64,000 nucleotides of DNA from Azolla caroliniana (lineage: Eukaryota > Plantae > Polypodiophyta). The translations under genes and the position numbers were made by a program. Shown here one piece after another: positions 12,312 to 24,365 of the stretch. The stretch covers positions 34,348,001 through 34,412,000 of the forward strand of contig JBHGNT010000001.1 of NCBI GenBank assembly GCA_043228905.1, read 5' to 3'. The notes under the pieces are model-generated. The model searched no databases. It worked only from the letters and a program-made list of their open reading frames with translations, and was not told the origin of the DNA. Every line of letters begins with the position of its first letter. The first letter of the stretch is position 1.

Positions 12312-15300
12312 TCATTTTTCTTCCTCACTTTCGTCTTGGAAAACTGATGCAACCTTGGCAATTAACTTGCTTCTCTTGACTGGTCCAGTTGACATCTGTT
12401 GAAGAAAGAATTAAAGGTTAACTTAACCACTTTGAATTTATATAATAAACAATCTGAAGATAGGGTCATATATAAATATGAACTGCAAGTCAAGGGAAAT
12501 AATTCCATAAGAGAATTACATTACGACATACAAACTACCCAAATCATTTGCACCCAATAGTACTCCACGAGACGTGGAAAAAGAGTGGAATGGATGTCTC
12601 CCGGAAAACAAAGTATCTAAAAAGCAGTCCCACAATTACAATGGCTGGAATGTCATCATAAAAGAATCTGGCATTATATGCTAGCCAGTCTTCTGTCCCA
12701 CATGAAACTCGGGTGTTTGCTGCATTTTAATGCTAGTTGAGAATGGAAATCTATAGATTATCCTTCAAAAATCTCTTCTCTTCATTTTTTACAAGGAAAA
12801 GGTTTGTGTTTTACGTGGTGACGATAGCATTATTGTTCTCACACGATGATGTACTGCCTTTGCAATACACATTGCTTATTTTCTTCCACTTTATAAAGTG
12901 TAAAACACCTTTCGTAGATTCCAATATAATCAGTCATATTTGTGATCTCCTTGAGGCTCCAATTTTGTTTTCAAATAAGGCATATGGACTGTCTCTTGCT
13001 TTGCACTAGCATAACAAATATCTTAAACTTTCGTCTGTCTTAGCTCGTCCATTCATGCACAACTCCACATTTGTAATAATACAGGGTCTATTGCTGTACT
13101 TCAGTGGGTGTATGTATTATCTTGAGTTACCTACCAACTATATCTCAATAAATTGCTTAGTGAATGCACACGATTCACAAACTATGGTCGTTCATTTTTC
13201 ACTGAAACAATTCACACACTCGTGATGAAATAAATAACCTGCAGCCTGGAAGCTACTTATATGAGTCTTTCTGCTCTATGGATGGAGCATAAAGAAAAAT
13301 TAAAATGACTGATTATATGTTCTGGAATGGTTGGTGAAAAGCGATACAATCAGCTGGGACCCCCTTCACAATAACCCTGATTAATCAGTCCCTCTCAGAA
13401 ACATACTATGACAAAGAATTCTCAGATTAGCCATGAAAAGCTGATATGTGCCGCTTTGGTTTCACCAAATCCTGTCATGTTCTGTGTCCAGCTAGTACTA
13501 AAATCCTCACTATGTCCGCAAGGCCCACATTTTGCATTTTCACATTCTCATTCAATTTGGACAAATTTGCAAAATATTTAAGGCCTCTTCTTCTCTGATC
13601 TTTTTCAATCCGGACTTATTTTTGTTCAACAACTCTTTTTGTCCACTAATCTGTCATCTTCCCCAAAGTCTATCACAACCTTTTCGAATTAACTGTTGAG
13701 GCAACACGTCCAGAACAACATCAAATCATATCTTGAACCGTGATTATGATTCTTATCACTTAATGAGCTCAGATTTGAAATTTCATCTGCTGTTCCACAC
13801 ATTTAAATGAGAAATTTGAAATAAAAACCTTACCTTGTTAGCTGAGGGCTTTGCTGCGAAACCAAATTTCAAAGCACTGCGTTGCTGCTGCAGAGGAAGA
13901 GCTTTATGCATGTTTCCAGCCTCTACATCTGGCAAACATGATGGTGGTATCATTGCCTTTTCTTCTTCTGGCTGCTGCTGTTGCTGCTGCCTTTGAGACT
14001 CAGCTCTTCACTGTGTTAAGTCCATATGCTCTACTTCCATCCATAAACAAGAATATTGTCTTCATAACAAAAAATGCAAATTGACATTAGGTTTCTATCT
14101 GAAAGGATACAGTTGAGCCAGTCTTTGAAGCTCCTTTTCATGACGTAACTGCTCCCGTTTCTGCCGATCATCTTTCCCCCTGCTTGCTTGGAGTTCCCTC
14201 ATTTCTTTGAAACGCTTTTGATAAAAATTATAGAAAGGTAACAGTCAGCATTCACCCAAGGTTTCTTTCCATGATATTGAGTAGCAATCCCACCTCATAT
14301 TTACCTTTTTGTGGTTATGATCGTATGAACTTAAATGAGTCTCGAACTCCATTGCAAGTTTATACTGCTTGTTGCAAAGCTCGCAAAGGAACACCTTCCT
14401 AATCTCCTTCACCTCCGATTGGATCTTCTGCTCTCGCTCAGCCTCCACCTGGATGTCCAGAGTGCACACGGAGCACCCGAGAAAAGCCACCAGGGTAACA
14501 AAGCGCCACACAAATTGTGCAAATTTGCCTTACAAGGCTCTCATTCACCAAAAGACATGTGATCTACAAGACCTATGGTTGCCGCCCCTTTTTAAGGATG
14601 ATCGAACTGACATCAGACAGAATGAAGGCCATTCTTGTACCTCTACATGCACCCCACACAGTCTCTTCTAAGAAAAGAAAGATTACCTCTCTTCTTCTCG
14701 CTAATTCCTCGGTCTCTTCTATCTCGACTTCCAGTTTCCTGCGATGAACATTTTCTTCTGCAGTGTAGTAATCATCTTGTTCTTGCTTCCCTAGCCCAAG
14801 TTTTGCATCCCGAGATTTAGCTCTGATTGGCTCGACAATACCTATAAATCACAGGTCAAGCATAATAGTGATTATAGGTAGTTTACACCAATATTACTCT
14901 CATTCAATGATTACCCAGCTCCCACTTCACATCTAATCAGTCTCACGTTTCCAGCCATCATTTGTGAATCCAAATATAAAAGGCATGTTACAAAGAAATA
15001 TAACCAACAAAAGATGATGTGTTCCGATGCTAACAATTCTCCAAGAACTAAGGCAATTACTAGAAATTGGTGAAAGTTCGGTTTAAGCCAAACCAAACCA
15101 CAAAACTGCAGCTTAACTGACTTAGTTCAGGATTAGAAATTTGTAAATGGTTCAGTTTGGGCATTTTAAGGGTTCGTATTGGTTCAATTTAGGGTTTAAC
15201 AGCTTAAAAGTTTTAGTTTGAAATGGTTTGAGTTTGAGACTCCTAAATCAAACCGAGCCACTGCAGATAACTAGCAGTTACCAAACAATTGTTTCATTGG

Positions 15301-16339
15301 ATTCTCTTAACATTCTTACTGACATTATCTGACAATCTGTTAACAATTCTAACGGATAACAGAATATGAACCTTGAATCCAGGTTAGATCATAATCAGAG
15401 AGGAAACTGTGTCAGGAAAACAACCAAATAGGAAGATGCAAGGTTGTGACAATGCCATAAAGCGAGACAATATTATGTTCTCCACAATTATTGCTACTAT
15501 CTAAGTCTACGAAGCAGAGCAATTTCATACAAAACCAGATTTTTTTACCCTTTCTGGTTCTCCCATTCAGTATAAGATCGAGTAGTGAGAGTACCACTAT
15601 CTGAAACCACCTTGGGCTAAATGGTGATAAAGTGATCTATTTCAACACTCATTTAGGAATTCATGGAAGAATCACAAGACCTCTATTTCATTTGTTCACG
15701 TATCTCAGAGTTAAATCGAACCGTTATGCCACTTGCTAATGACTGTGATTTTATGCAGGTCTAGATTCACTGAGTGTCTATTTCCTAATGCCAGTGATTT
15801 GCAAGTTCGAGAAAAGAAAATTAGACATACCAGGAAAAGCCTCGAGTCACAGGAAACATTGACATATAATCAGCCTATTTCCTTACCATGACTAGGATCA
15901 TCTTACAAAGGAATATTTAAAATGTTCAAAGGGAACATGAGCATAGAGAATGGTAAAAACAAGTTTACGATGCCTTCTGACCCTAAATATACCTTGCTCA
16001 TCTTTCCCTAGGCCTTTGCCTTTCCACCCCATTTTCTGCAAGAGGCGGAATCCGACATTCGATGACGTGAGTTCTGTATCCTCGGAAGCTTGCTCCAAAT
16101 TGTCCATGTCGAGATTCTCGGTAGGCCTGTGCGTGATAGGAAGCACGAAATCATCTCCAATATCTGTTTCCTCGAAGGATGAGGATGCCGCAGAAGAAGA
16201 AGCGGGATATCCCTGTCCGAACATCGACAGCAGGAAAGAGCATCAAGGAGGCAAACCCTAAAACCTGAACCTTTTTCCTTGTTCCCTCGGAAGCAGAGGG
16301 ATCAGAATAAGGCAATAAAAAAAGAAACCAAATACACAG

Positions 16340-16379
<40 letters not shown>

Positions 16380-16429
16380 ACATCTGCTTCCTCCTGCCCT
16401 GCGTCATGACGATTCCATTGAGTAGACAT
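12312..16429 (-). CDS. G-patch + C2H2 zinc-finger protein (GPATCH8-like / D111-G-patch family), about 308 aa, 7 exons: 16429-16382, 16212-15993, 14841-14687, 14448-14305, 14214-14111, 14005-13834, 12395-12312
   Basis: G-patch SSNVGFRLLQKMGWKGKGLGKDEQG|IVEPI, C2H2 finger FLCELCNKQYKLAMEFETHLSSYDHNHKK, and conserved tail QRSALKFGF...KVASVFQDESEEEK*. All six introns are GT-AG, the phases join, and the exons total 927 nt. Confidence 0.9.
15061..15273. mobile_element. hAT-like MITE in intron 2 of the G-patch gene
   Basis: The ends are TAG...CTA with imperfect inverted termini sharing TCGGTTT. An 8-bp TSD flanks it: gcaattac (15053-15060) / gcagttac (15274-15281). Internal AAACC/GGTTC subterminal motifs are present. 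Confidence 0.65.
16344..16376. repeat. (GA)n microsatellite at the start of intron 1 of the G-patch gene
   Basis: Uninterrupted GA run a few nt from the donor site. Confidence 0.95.
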
Positions 16430-16545
16430 CGCTAGCTCTTCCCCTGGATTAGGTCTGTTGTATGATGATAATGAAGAAGAAGGAGAAGGTTACTGTTTGT
16501 AAAATATGTATATGTATAGCAATGGGACGGTTTCGGCTCGAACCG

Positions 16546-17029
16546 AACCGAACCGTTAGACACGGTTTAACGGTTTATTTGTTCCCAAAAAATTTAATGG
16601 TTCGGAACTTAACTTGGAAATGGGCAGGGACTGAAGTCTGGAGGAGGGTGTCATGAAAAAAATATCGTGACTGACCATCACGTATTTATACATACATACA
16701 TATATGTATTCGTATACAAATACATATACATGGGTTTACATATATACATACACTACCCGGGTCCCATATTGCCTAGCCCCTCTCCCCAACCGAACCGTTA
16801 GACACGCTTTAACGGTTTATTTGTTCCCAAAAAAATTAATGGTTCGGAACTTAACTTGGAAATGGGCAGGGACTGAAGTCTGGAGGAGGGTGTCATGAAA
16901 AAAATATCATGACTGACCATCACGTATTTATACATACATACATATACGTATTCGTATACAAATACATATACATGGGTTTACATATATACATACACTACCC
17001 GGGTCCCATATTGCCTAGCCCCTCCCCCC
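16546..17029. repeat. Tandem duplication, 242-bp unit x2, immediately upstream of the G-patch gene
   Basis: aaccgaaccgttagacacg...attgcctagcccct occurs at about 16546 and about 16788 with a few substitutions. It carries AACCGAACCG motifs. Confidence 0.95.
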
Positions 17030-18085
17030 AACCCCCCCTCGTATGATATATCTATTCAAAATCCATCGAGACATATCTAGAAACCATCCGGCCTCCATAG
17101 ACTATGTGGGAGGCAAGGTGGTATGTGTATGTGTGTATGAGCACATTCGGAAGAGGTCTTTTGGGAATTTCATGACATTCAAGAAGAATTACCGATAAAA
17201 CTTCCTACCTTAAAATTATTGAATTGCTTTCTTTAGGTTAACACAAATCTCGACTATGTTTCCTCTATAAGAACTCCTCAGTCCCTACCTTGCACGTTAA
17301 ATTCATACTTTAAACAAAACATCCACAAAAGTGTACGCTTTGATTGTTTTTTTTTTCTAGTCGGTATTAAGTTTCTCTTAATAGATGTAATGCAAATTAT
17401 TATGATATGGAACATGGTGACGACATGTTGGATGCATTGCCTATTTTGATCCTAGATTAAGCTATTTGTATACAAACAACATAACACGATCTCTATCTTT
17501 GCTATGTATGTATGTATCTGAATGGTTGCCATGTTCTTCGGTGTTAGGTTTCGGGTGTGAGTATAGAGAAAATCAGTCACCTACGGGAGTATCCACAAGT
17601 CAGAACCATTGATCACAAAAATGAGCATCCATGGCTATCACCAAGTAGCCACATTTTCACCATCCTTTGATGGATGCCACACAACACCAAATCGAACAAT
17701 AATACAGTGCACGTATTCGATTAATCATATCACATTAGGCATTTCCATAGGAATTTCAAAAGGATCCCGGGTTATTAGAACTCAATTAAGTTATTTCTTT
17801 TGCACACTAGATATGTATATATGTGTACAGAGACAAAACAAAAGGAGCTGCTATTATTATTATACAGTGCATCCATCGTTAACATATGTTATGTGTGTAC
17901 AATAATGGTTTGGGTAGATATTAATGAGCTCTTATAACATTATTATAGCTCCTCCCCCAACTCATACATATATATAGCCAAATCTAATACCAATACCAGG
18001 CCACATTCAATACAAAAGAAAAATCCATACAAGGGACTTATTATGTATGTCTGTATGTAGCTTATCATCTACTACCTATAATGGC

Positions 18086-19432
18086 CTAGCAGGAGGACTC
18101 TTCTGCTTTATCTTGGGTTGGGAGTTTCTCATAACCATTGCTTGTCGTCTTCACCTTGCCATCCTCTAGTTGAAGATCAGCACCCCACTTGGGACACCCA
18201 AACAGGATGCGGGCTTGCTCCTCGGGTAGTCCCTTCTCCAGCCGGCGGCGGACGAAGGACCACGCCAAGAACACAACCCCGGCGACCACGGTCCCGCAGG
18301 CGGCACCAAAGAGCAACGAGAATACGATGCCCCACACGTCGTCCATGTCGCCAAACCACGAGTCCGCGCCATCATCGTGATGCTGGTCATGATGATGATG
18401 ATGATGATCTGGGTGCCATTCATCAGGTCTATCATGTGGTTGCCAGTTTGGGAATCCATTCTTGTCGTGTGGGCCGTGATGCCAGTCATGGTCATGAGGA
18501 CCGTGGTGCCAGTCATGGTCATGAGGACCATGGTGCCAGTCATGGTCACGAGGACCATGGTGCCAATCATGGTCATGAGGACCATGGGGGCCTAGGGAAC
18601 CCGGACCATTCTTATCATTCCACATGGCAGTGTCTACCACCACAAAGTTCCATGAGTAAATGGCGTGGCTTTGAGGGGAATCTCCTGTGGAAGAGGATAG
18701 CCCTACATACATCTCCTCTTGCCATATATTGGAGAGGTCGATGTTGTACGCGATGATGGGGATCTCTGGCCTCTCCGCAGATCGGCTAAGCCTAACCTCT
18801 AGCCTCTTCATGGGGGCTCTGTAATCTATCCACACATACAGTCTCTTGCCTGACAAGCCATCTGAAACATCCGCAGTGGCCAGAGAGACGAGGCTCTCGA
18901 TGTCCAGGCCCACATGGTGATCGCTAGGGTCTTGGAATTGTGCATCCATGGATGTGTCGAATTCGATTAAAAGGGTGTGGGGCGGCAATGAGAGGTAGGG
19001 CAGACCGAAGGAAGGGCCGTTCTGACCGTGGCTCTGTGCGGGATTGGAGGGAGAGATGAAGAAGGCAAGGCCATCGCCATTGCCGGCGTCCATGGAGAAG
19101 GAGAAGGAAGTGAAGAAAGACATGGAGTCATGGTTGGGGGAGCGGCTGCGGAGGGTGAGGGGCTGAGTCAGGAAGACGCCACCCGTGGAGCCCGAGATCT
19201 GGAGGCTGCCATCGGCAGGGAGGAGGTGGGCGTCGCCCAGGAGAGACAGGAGCTTCGGCTGGGCGAGGGGTTGGTTGAAGTTTGGGAACTTGAAGATGGT
19301 GGGGCGAGAGCCATGGCAGGCGAATCTGCGAGCGAAGGGGGAATGATGGAAGTAAGCGGAGCAGGTGGAGATGGAGATGCAGAGGAAGAGGAAGAGGAGG
19401 GAGGAAAGGTTGCGTCGTGAAGAGCACGCCAT
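18086..19432 (-). CDS. L-type (legume) lectin receptor-like membrane protein without kinase, with a His/Asp/Trp-rich stalk, 448 aa, intronless
   Basis: Signal peptide from MACSS (LSSLLFLFLCISISTCSA), legume-lectin motifs (SFFTSFSF, GDGLAFFISP, IEFDT...F.DPSDHHVGLDI, VWIDY, MYVGLSSSTG...H.IYSWNF), one TM helix (VWGIVFSLLFG...VVFLAWSFV|RRR) and a ~55-aa tail. An in-frame upstream ATG at 19555 is a less likely start. Confidence 0.9.
   Translation of the reverse strand: MACSSRRNLSSLLFLFLCISISTCSAYFHHSPFARRFACHGSRPTIFKFPNFNQPLAQPKLLSLLGDAHLLPADGSLQISGSTGGVFLTQPLTLRSRSPNHDSMSFFTSFSFSMDAGNGDGLAFFISPSNPAQSHGQNGPSFGLPYLSLPPHTLLIEFDTSMDAQFQDPSDHHVGLDIESLVSLATADVSDGLSGKRLYVWIDYRAPMKRLEVRLSRSAERPEIPIIAYNIDLSNIWQEEMYVGLSSSTGDSPQSHAIYSWNFVVVDTAMWNDKNGPGSLGPHGPHDHDWHHGPRDHDWHHGPHDHDWHHGPHDHDWHHGPHDKNGFPNWQPHDRPDEWHPDHHHHHHDQHHDDGADSWFGDMDDVWGIVFSLLFGAACGTVVAGVVFLAWSFVRRRLEKGLPEEQARILFGCPKWGADLQLEDGKVKTTSNGYEKLPTQDKAEESSC
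18464..18583 (-). repeat. Coding 27-bp tandem repeat (GP[H/R]DHDWHH x4 plus partial)
   Basis: Translation GPHDHDWHH GPRDHDWHH GPHDHDWHH GPHDHDWHH GPHD, with synonymous differences between units. Confidence 0.95.
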
Positions 19433-22169
19433 ATGCAGGGAGGAGGTAGGTATGCAGAGATGAGAGAGCAGAGCAGGCTTTTTCAAAGGAAAGAGCGAAT
19501 TTTGTTTGTCATGGCAAATTTGGGGGAATCTGCAGGAACATACTGATACATACATACATACAGGCGAAAGTCAGTTCTTTTGACCGATCAACACACAACC
19601 CCCAACTCGGTCTCTAGAGACTTTGGCGTGTGTTGAATGGCAAACACAATCGAACCTCCGTGTGTGTGTGTGAACGGGTCTGGTGACTGGTCTGGTCCGT
19701 TCACACGAACACACTCACTAGACCACACCGCCCATCACACGTCGGACGGACGTCCCCCCCCATAGCAAGCCCTTCTCCCATGTCTTGCTCGCGCACACCT
19801 GTCGCACGCTCTTCCCTCATGGGTCTTCGGTTGTTAATGCTAAAACCAAACTCTCCGACCCTCCAGGGAATAAAAAATAACAAGCATCCTGTACAACGAT
19901 GGTTCGAATGCCACATCTTCATGTCGTTTCACCCAATGTAACTTAATCGAAGCATGACAACATGTCATTTGAATCATGCGAAGGCACGAAACAAGACTGT
20001 AATCGACCTGTCATTTCAGATTACCAATGGGAATCAAGAGAAGCATCCGACCATCAAAAGGATGCCCACTATCGAGACCATAAGAAACGCGTATGTGGAA
20101 TGCTCAAAAAATTTATATTAGATGAGGAACATAGTTAGTTCTTTTTGCTTATTTTGATCACATGAAACTTTGTATTCTCAATAGTAAATCTTGTTTTTTC
20201 AACCCATCACCTTTTTTGTAGTCATTTGATATGAAAAACTCAATTGTGAACATGATCAAGCCCAAAGCAGACCTAAATTGAACATTATGCTCTATCGACA
20301 CGCTTATCAAACTTTCTAATTAACTTTGACTTATGATGGTGGTTCATGGGTCAAATCAAGCTTAAAAATTCAACAAAATGTTCTTAAATATATTGATATA
20401 GATCTTTCTAATTAACTTTCCCTGATGACGGGGTTATGTAGGTAACACATCCCAACCATTCAAAATACTCATGTGTGGCATCCATGCATACCTTGTACAT
20501 ATATGGGGACCCATGCCCTTTACATCACCTCTATACTTCCTTGTACAAGTGCCTAGTGCGAGACTTAGCTTAATCCATTGCACGATCATCATGTATGTAC
20601 ATTACAATTATCCATGTCCTACGAAAACCATTAGCTTGAACAATAGGTAAATGGAAGCTTCACGTATAATTCCATCTACTAGCATCCTTGAAGCTACGTA
20701 GAAGAACGAGAGTGAAGACCAACTAGTGAGTGCCTACACAAAATATTGGTATTCTAGAACCTAAATGCATTGTGAGTCATTTATGTAGAAAGCAAAAACT
20801 CAACAAAAACATTGAAGGATGCACACAAAGAAGTAAAAGAGACAACTACCTGTAGGACAAAGTATTCAACAAGAATGGTGGCAATGCTCTTCAATGTAGA
20901 TTGAGGAAATCGACACCCTACCAAATCGGACATACGTCAAAGAGGAATAAGAAACTATTTTCTCAATGTTTGATAAATCCTCCTAGCAAATGAGATGTTG
21001 CAAAACTTGTGCATGTCATTCCACATGACACCATATAAACGGTGGTACTATGGTTCGTATTTTATGTGGCATATATTGTTACTCTATGATATACTTGAAT
21101 ACTCTTTCCATGGCAACGACCTCTACGAATCAAGCATATATTTCTAATAGCATGATAGTATGAATATCACTTACTTCTGGCACGCTCGTCACATAAGGTG
21201 ATTCACAATAAGCAAGATGATTTGTTTGACAAGCATGATAACTTAGGTGTCATACTCAAATCTCCACCAAGAAGGGCGAGCACATGTGTATGTGTATTAT
21301 TTCACATAGAAAGATTTTACTAAAGAGTAGAAACGACCCATCTTAGGAAGGATTCAAGTACAAGATGATATGTATTTTTATTTGGTCTCCTCGTGAATGA
21401 TAAAATATATACTCTACTCTATTCTCTTTATCCCGCTGTCCTTTTAGATGTTAGTGTGATGCTTTACACCATAGTATCAAAGTCGTAAAATTGAGAGACC
21501 CCACGTTTGATCCTCGCCATGGGCTAAACCTCATCCCAAATATTGTATTCTATATGTTGTGCACGTTAAAGTCTCTCTCTCTTGTCTTTCACACACACAC
21601 ACATACTCTCTCTCTCTCTCCTTCTATCTCCTTCATCTTCTCCGCTCTTCTTCTTCCGTAGACTAATAATAATGTATAGAGATCGAGCTCGAGCTTGCTA
21701 GCACACCACCGCCATCGCTGCCTCATCATCTCTCATGCCCTACATGTTAGTCTTTGTTTGTACAGATGTTTGCATTGTGGCAAAAATCACAATGCAAACA
21801 TCTTCGTGCATATAAATAAAGATTCCTTATCTCTTTGTTTTTGGTTTTGATATCGACACAATATTCCCTTTTGTTCCGTTTTCTTCCTTCACTCCCTTGG
21901 CCATGAGGTTTAGATGGGTTTTATATTTTCTACAATAAGTTTTCATATTGACCTCTTGTCCTTATTTTTCATAATTTTAACCCTAGAATTTTATATCCTA
22001 TATTACTAATCTTACATAAACATTTACCCCTTTAGTTTTGCCACAAGGTATGTAAGAGTTGCTAGTTACTATGGAAAAAATAGAGTTTGTGAAACAAATA
22101 TTTAACAAAGAATACAATGGAGAAAAACAAAGATTTATATTAAAGTTGTGTTGATGTGGAATCACATCG

Positions 22170-22358
22170 AAGGGTTTCGTATAAGAGATGCCATGCTTCA
22201 TGTGCTTTGAAGCAAGACAATATAGACACAACAAAGGGTTTCATATAAGAGGTGCCATACTTCATGTGCTTTGAAGCAAGACAACATACATTCAACAAAG
22301 GGTTTCGTATGATATTTACCACACTTCATTTGTTTCCAAGCAAGACAATATAGATACA
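22170..22358. repeat. 64-bp tandem repeat x3
   Basis: agggtttc.tat.aga..tgcca..cttcat.tg.tt..aagcaagacaa starts at 22171, 22235 and 22299. Confidence 0.9.
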
Positions 22359-23509
22359 AGTTTACAACTAAATGGGCCTTAAAACACATTCCGGATTTCC
22401 CTAAGCCATATTAAATGCACGACTGTCTCCTTTGACGACAATAAAGAGTGCAACACCACATCATCCAAATTGTTTCAGATTTGTTTACTCTTTTAACATG
22501 CCTAAGCTCCCACGCCTTTAACATATGAATTTCCGCATCATTTGGTTGCATCAATTCGTGCATAATTTGACTAATTTTTTCTCCACCCAATCGTTTCATC
22601 CCACCAAGAGACTTCGCAATAACTTCTTAATCCTATAAGCCTTTGTAAAGACACCCACACAATTATGATTTGAAGGGCATAACCTAAATTTACCTTCTCA
22701 AATGAAGGAGTTATGAAATGATTGAGAGAGCTGGAAAATGAGAATAATTGTAGATGATTATAGTAAGCAGTAAGAGAGATCAAAGGTATCTCAGTCCATT
22801 AGTTGGCAATTGTCTCTTGTTATTGCAAGTTAACTCGAGGAGCTAAACACCCAACTCTATGTATCAACAAATGTTTTGGATATCCAAAAGGCATTTTCCA
22901 TACCTTTCATTGCTTACTTTGTAAATGCTTGCTTTCTACCTCTCAACATGCTCCTTTCAATATTGTTAAGGCACTTGGCCTATTTTCTTATGGTTGGTGT
23001 GAACACAAATTACAATTAGAGAGCATGAGGTCTAGGTGCAACCAAAGACTTGGGGCAAGAGTTAATTAAGAGGGAAAAATAAGTGGCGAGAAGAGAGTGA
23101 AAACATGAGGGAGGTGAGGAATCTAGATAATGCAATGAGATAAAATGGCAAATAATAAACTATATCTGAAGACTAATGTTGATCTACTTGAGATCAACTA
23201 AGGGGAAGAGACCATGTTATGCATTACAAGAACCTTTAGAGGGGGGTGCAAGCACTAGAGAGCTAGACAATACAATGACATAGATTGCGGGCAGGTAATT
23301 ATTTATGTCCCAAGAGTAAGCAAATAAATCTGAACAAAAAGCAAAGGATACTTGAGAGTCAATGGTGGTATATGATAAATAAAGAGTGGAGCATTGAACA
23401 TTGTTTTTCCCAATGTTACATCTTTCAATTCCCTAGTAGTAATTACACATTAGATGATGGCAAAATCAATTAAATCTCAACATCTTTATTGCTTTAAATG
23501 TTTATTTTT

Positions 23510-23544
<35 letters not shown>

Positions 23545-24365
23545 GTATATACAACACTTGCCATTGATTGAACAAGCAAGAAAACATTTTCATATACTCC
23601 ATCTAGTTGTCAATTATGATGGATAGCAACATTATTACAACATAGATTTGGTATGATGACAAGTCTACAAGTTGTTGATTGTGATGTGTAAGAAAATCAT
23701 TACAACCAGAGTTTTACATTAAATATATTGTAAAATCAGAAGTACTCACTCATAGAGAGATCTAGAGTCCATTTTGTAGGGGTTCAGACCTAGCTTAGGA
23801 ACAAAGAGAGGATATGTGTTCGAAGTTTGGGTTTGGGGTGGGGTAACGAGTTATAACTTATAAGCAGTGGGAAATACATATAACCAATATGTCACATCAA
23901 TTACAAAAGGAGGCTTCAAACTTATTTGTAGTATCATGAACACCATCAACTACAAGGCTATCAAAAAGCCCACAATGATACGATAACACAACGTGTTGAC
24001 AAGGGTTTGAGGACATGGTGTCGCAACGTTTATACCTAGTTGAACATTCGCCTTAATAGAGGGATACAAGTGAAAACTTCTTTCCCTACCTAACAATCAC
24101 AATTCGTCAAGATTATCAAATAGAAATAATGGAATCCTGTTTCACCCCCTTAAGCACATTTCTCCTAATCATACTACAATTTTGGATTCCATAACCATTC
24201 CCTTCCCCATACTGACCAGAACACACAATTGGATCGGATCGGAGTGTCCCCTTACCCATAAGGAAAAACACTTTGAAAGCAAAAAAACAGAAGATTTTTA
24301 TGTATTGATGAAAACTAAACTGCTATTGTACAAATAAAAAAAAGCATGGAGCTGTTGCTGTGTGT

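Noticed and set aside
18118-19427. Several long alternative-frame and antisense ORFs over the lectin gene (e.g. 212 aa + strand, Met/Thr-rich repeats)
   Set aside because: They are shadows of a GC-rich CDS and its 27-bp repeat, with no independent domain signal.
22170-22358. Regularly spaced repeats (also 32570-32730) as a CRISPR-like array
   Set aside because: The units are contiguous tandem copies without unique spacers, the context is eukaryotic, and there are no cas genes.
20430-23500. Decayed LTR retrotransposon (tttaca followed by PBS-like tagtatcaaag at about 21470, purine tract at about 23240)
   Set aside because: Plausible, but no second LTR, TSD or recognisable coding domain was found, so boundaries cannot be supported.
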